Shown here in pieces: positions 41,271-43,645 of a stretch of DNA of 43,645 nt (the first letter of the stretch is position 1; every line of letters begins with the position of its first letter). Source of the DNA: a virus (taxonomy: Duplodnaviria > Caudoviricetes); IMG/VR virus record IMGVR_UViG_3300036797_000080, positions 1 to 43,645 of that record; one strand, 5' to 3'. A program made the position numbers and the translations under genes. Under the pieces are notes generated by a model that saw nothing but the letters and a program-made list of their open reading frames with translations, did not search any database and had not been told where the DNA came from.

Positions 41271-41785
41271 GCGGCCTTCAAAGAAGCGTGGTCTATTTCA
41301 ACGGCGCACGATCTCTGCAGGATCTCGATCGAGACGACCAGTTTCGTCGAGCCTTTTGTCCTGACCACGATTCCTTCGCATCCTGCAAGCGGCCCTGAAT
41401 CCAGGATGACTTTCGACCCGATCACATACGGATGCGGGCTCACAGTCAATCTGGAATCAAGGGCTGTCCTGAGATTCCGGATCTCACGATCGGGAATCTC
41501 GGAAGGGTTGAGGGAGGAGGGCAATATCTGGACTACGCCTTGCGTGGCGACGACTTCGGCGAATCGGGTCTGCTCGGTTTGTATGAAAAGGTATCCGGGG
41601 AAAAATGGTCGGTGTATGACTTTGATCCGGTCGGACCAGCGATTCGTTTCTTTGTAAAAGGGTAAAAAACAGATGAAGCCGCGGCGCCCGAGAGTTTCCG
41701 CTACCTTGAAATCCTGATTCGAGCGAAGCCGCAGGGCGAACCATGAAGGGGCTGCTGCAGAGGAGGGAGGACAGGCTTCCGCCAT
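41267..41785 (-). CDS. NusG-paralog transcription antiterminator (UpxY/RfaH-like, NGN + KOW)
   Basis: WFALRLRSNQD..FLP...RWSDR.K....PFFPGYLF; KOW GSKV....GPLAG.EGIV; start 41785 or 41830. Confidence 0.92.
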   Translation of the reverse strand: MAEACPPSSAAAPSWFALRLRSNQDFKVAETLGRRGFICFLPFYKETNRWSDRIKVIHRPFFPGYLFIQTEQTRFAEVVATQGVVQILPSSLNPSEIPDREIRNLRTALDSRLTVSPHPYVIGSKVILDSGPLAGCEGIVVRTKGSTKLVVSIEILQRSCAVEIDHASLKAA

Positions 41786-41862
41786 ATCAGTCACAGTTCG
41801 CCTTCGGAGAAAAACTGCGGCCTCCTGCACTTACTTAGTCGGCACGGCGCGGGAAAAAGTGC

Positions 41863-43011
41863 TCATGCGGCCGCTCTCAGGCTGCTTTCCGGGAGGGCTT
41901 CGCATCGCGCCCAGGCAGCTCGCGCAAGCGTGCGGAATGCGTATGCAGCCACAAGCGGTACGACGCCGTTGCCAAGGGCGCGCAGTCGCTCCACCCGCGC
42001 GGAAATCCCATCAGACTCTCGACAAAGACCGGGTTCAAGCGTCGGATCGCGTCTGAGGATTTCGTGCCATCGGTCGAGGTCGGCAGGTCCGGGCGGAAAC
42101 AAACAGCGATCCACGGTAAATGCGTCTGATTGCCTCCCTTGGTTGTTCGTCCGTTGTGCGGGCCATCGTCGGCTTTTGGCGTCGGCCACGCCATCGCCTG
42201 TTTCGCAAATTCCCCGCCCCCGCCCGCCGTCTTGCCGAAGCGATCCGTATTCCCCATGCCGTGAAGCGTCTTCCAGTTCCGCGTCGCTCCCGTCAGCGAA
42301 TCCGTCGTGCCCGGATGGTTCCCGCACGATTCGGAATCCTCGCTGCGCGGCGTCGGCCAGTTCTGTACCGTATCGACCAGCGATCCGCCTCCCCGTATTC
42401 CGCTTTTCGCTCCCGTGTGCTGGACCTTGCCCGATGGCATCACAATCACCGGTCGCCGGATTCCATCGAAGTCGGCATTCGATGCCTGCGCGGTAGGCCA
42501 GGACGAAGAGCCGTTTTCTGAGGTGAGGCGCGCCGACTTCCTCCGCTGTAAAGATTCCCGCCTCAAGTTCGTAACCCATGCTTCGTAGCTCTTTTGCGAC
42601 CGCGTGAAATCCGATGCGCAGATGGTTCTCGACGTTTTCGAGGAAGACGACGGGCGGCTGAACTTCGCGGATGATCCGTGCGACATCAGGCCAGAGATGA
42701 CGCGGATCTTTTTCGCCGCGCTGTTTTCCGGCACAACTGAACGGCTGGCAGGGATAACCGGCAGTGAGGATATCCACGCGGCCGCGCCACGGTTGGCCGC
42801 GGAAGGTTTTAACATCCGTCCAAACAGGCGCATCTTCAAGGGAGCCGTCTTCCATGCGCGCGACCAGCTTGTCGCAGACCGTTGCTTCGTGCTCCACGTA
42901 ACAGACTGTGCGCACCGCTTCCAGAGCGAGCTTGAGTCCGAGGTCGATGCCCGCGATTCCGGCGCACAGAGAGAGGACGGCAGGTGTATCCACATTCAAA
43001 ATTCCTTTCAT
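41863..43011 (-). CDS. DNA cytosine-5 methyltransferase, alpha polypeptide (motifs I-VIII and X)
   Basis: LSLCAGIAGID (I), AGYPCQPFS (IV), FLENV (VI), HLRKRLF (VIII), RLRALGNGVVP (X); no motif IX in this frame. Confidence 0.93.
   Translation of the reverse strand: MKGILNVDTPAVLSLCAGIAGIDLGLKLALEAVRTVCYVEHEATVCDKLVARMEDGSLEDAPVWTDVKTFRGQPWRGRVDILTAGYPCQPFSCAGKQRGEKDPRHLWPDVARIIREVQPPVVFLENVENHLRIGFHAVAKELRSMGYELEAGIFTAEEVGAPHLRKRLFVLAYRAGIECRLRWNPATGDCDAIGQGPAHGSEKRNTGRRIAGRYGTELADAAQRGFRIVREPSGHDGFADGSDAELEDASRHGEYGSLRQDGGRGRGICETGDGVADAKSRRWPAQRTNNQGRQSDAFTVDRCLFPPGPADLDRWHEILRRDPTLEPGLCRESDGISARVERLRALGNGVVPLVAAYAFRTLARAAWARCEALPESSLRAAA
41877..42995 (-). CDS. overlapping alternative-frame polypeptide (putative MTase beta subunit: WPTP repeats plus motif IX)
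   Basis: 372-codon open frame nested in the MTase; WPTA/WPTP/WKTL/WPTP repeats; RRLNPVFVESLMGFPRGW resembles motif IX; AAGGA SD 7 nt before the ATG. Confidence 0.75.
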   Translation of the reverse strand: MWIHLPSSLCAPESRASTSDSSSLWKRCAQSVTWSTKQRSATSWSRAWKTAPLKMRLFGRMLKPSAANRGAAAWISSLPVIPASRSVVPENSAAKKIRVISGLMSHGSSAKFSRPSSSSKTSRTICASDFTRSQKSYEAWVTNLRRESLQRRKSARLTSENGSSSWPTAQASNADFDGIRRPVIVMPSGKVQHTGAKSGIRGGGSLVDTVQNWPTPRSEDSESCGNHPGTTDSLTGATRNWKTLHGMGNTDRFGKTAGGGGEFAKQAMAWPTPKADDGPHNGRTTKGGNQTHLPWIAVCFRPDLPTSTDGTKSSDAIRRLNPVFVESLMGFPRGWSDCAPLATASYRLWLHTHSARLRELPGRDAKPSRKAA

Positions 43012-43457
43012 GCGCGTCCGGTCGCAATCATTTGGGCGAGGCGTTTCGCGCGCTCTCCGGTCTCGCGATACCAGGCGGAGTTTTCCATCGCTTTCGAAGC
43101 GAGGCCGAACTGATGCCGGCCGATAAAATCGAGGGTCTGGTGAAAAGTGTCGAGTCCCGCGACGCCGAGGTTGAACGCCATATTGGCCACGACTCTCTGT
43201 CTCACGTCATCGAGCCATGGAAACCAGGCGTAGTTTTTAACGAGAGCCGCTGTAATGGCATCGATGTCGTTCGAGCATAAATACTCCGCTTCCGCTTCCG
43301 TGATTCCGTGGACGTCTAGAGCGCGCCCGATGCCGATCGACGGATGTCCGACTACGGTCGAGAATTTGACGATGTTTTTCCCGGTCGCGTCGTCATAGGC
43401 GAAAAGTTTCAGGCCCTCGTCACGGCGCAGTTCTGCGATCAGCAGCGGTTTCGTCAT
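43008..43457 (-). CDS. phage lysozyme/endolysin (T4-like GH24)
   Basis: LRRDEGL.L..YDD..G...SIGIGR...LD.VRQRV..NMAFNLG...AS.AM.NS.WY...G.RA.RL. Confidence 0.92.
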   Translation of the reverse strand: MTKPLLIAELRRDEGLKLFAYDDATGKNIVKFSTVVGHPSIGIGRALDVHGITEAEAEYLCSNDIDAITAALVKNYAWFPWLDDVRQRVVANMAFNLGVAGLDTFHQTLDFIGRHQFGLASKAMENSAWYRETGERAKRLAQMIATGRA

Positions 43458-43645
43458 GCGGCCATCCGCTGCGCGCCGATATTCACGTATGCCGGATTCA
43501 TTTCGATTCCGTCTATGCGCTTCCAGCCTGCGCGTTTGGCGCCGAGCATTTCAGAACCGGAACCGGAGAAGGGAATTAGTATCCGGGCATTCGGGATCGC
43601 CGGCAGGATCAAACGCGCGAGGTATTCGGTCAGCTTCAGCGGTTT
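43454..43645 (-). CDS. C-terminal part of the junction-spanning N6/N4 methyltransferase
   Basis: Reads ...FSGSGSEMLGAKRAGWKRIDGIEMNPAYVNIGAQRMAA*; stop overlaps the lysozyme ATG (ATGA). Confidence 0.9.
   Translation of the reverse strand, partial: KPLKLTEYLARLILPAIPNARILIPFSGSGSEMLGAKRAGWKRIDGIEMNPAYVNIGAQRMAA
43519..43645. repeat. 127-bp terminal direct repeat, right copy
   Basis: Exact copy of 1..127. Confidence 0.95.

Overview
This is an apparently complete, circularly assembled genome (about 43,518 bp plus a 127-bp end overlap) of a GC-rich, probably temperate, HK97-like siphophage. An Acidobacteriota host is inferred from the UpxY-like NusG paralog, the stand-alone receiver protein and an Ig-like domain style in the tail protein. 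Almost all genes are on the minus strand. In transcription order they are: replication initiator with internal palindromic iterons, small early genes, sigma factor, N6/N4 methyltransferase (spanning the contig ends), lysozyme, C5 methyltransferase, NusG-family antiterminator, FimB-like tyrosine recombinase, HNH, terS/terL, portal, ClpP protease, capsid, neck, a GT31-like glycosyltransferase, tail tube, frameshifted chaperones, tape measure, a 1675-aa hub/depolymerase, several modular fibres and holin-like genes. Plus-strand islands carry a Cre-like recombinase, a receiver protein and an accessory cluster (small basic regulator, hicAB, DUF4177, and a gene bounded by 33-bp direct repeats). The highlights are: (1) a dual-coding C5 methyltransferase locus whose motif IX and WPTP repeats sit in a fully overlapping second frame; (2) a 500-bp cassette bounded by a repeat that supplies both its start and its stop codon; (3) a candidate cI-less switch, in which a 56-aa basic protein and three operator-like repeats sit over divergent promoters and a hicAB pair lacking its own DNA-binding domain; (4) a glycosyltransferase inside the tail operon. 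All calls come from reading the sequence and recognising motifs; no database searches were run.
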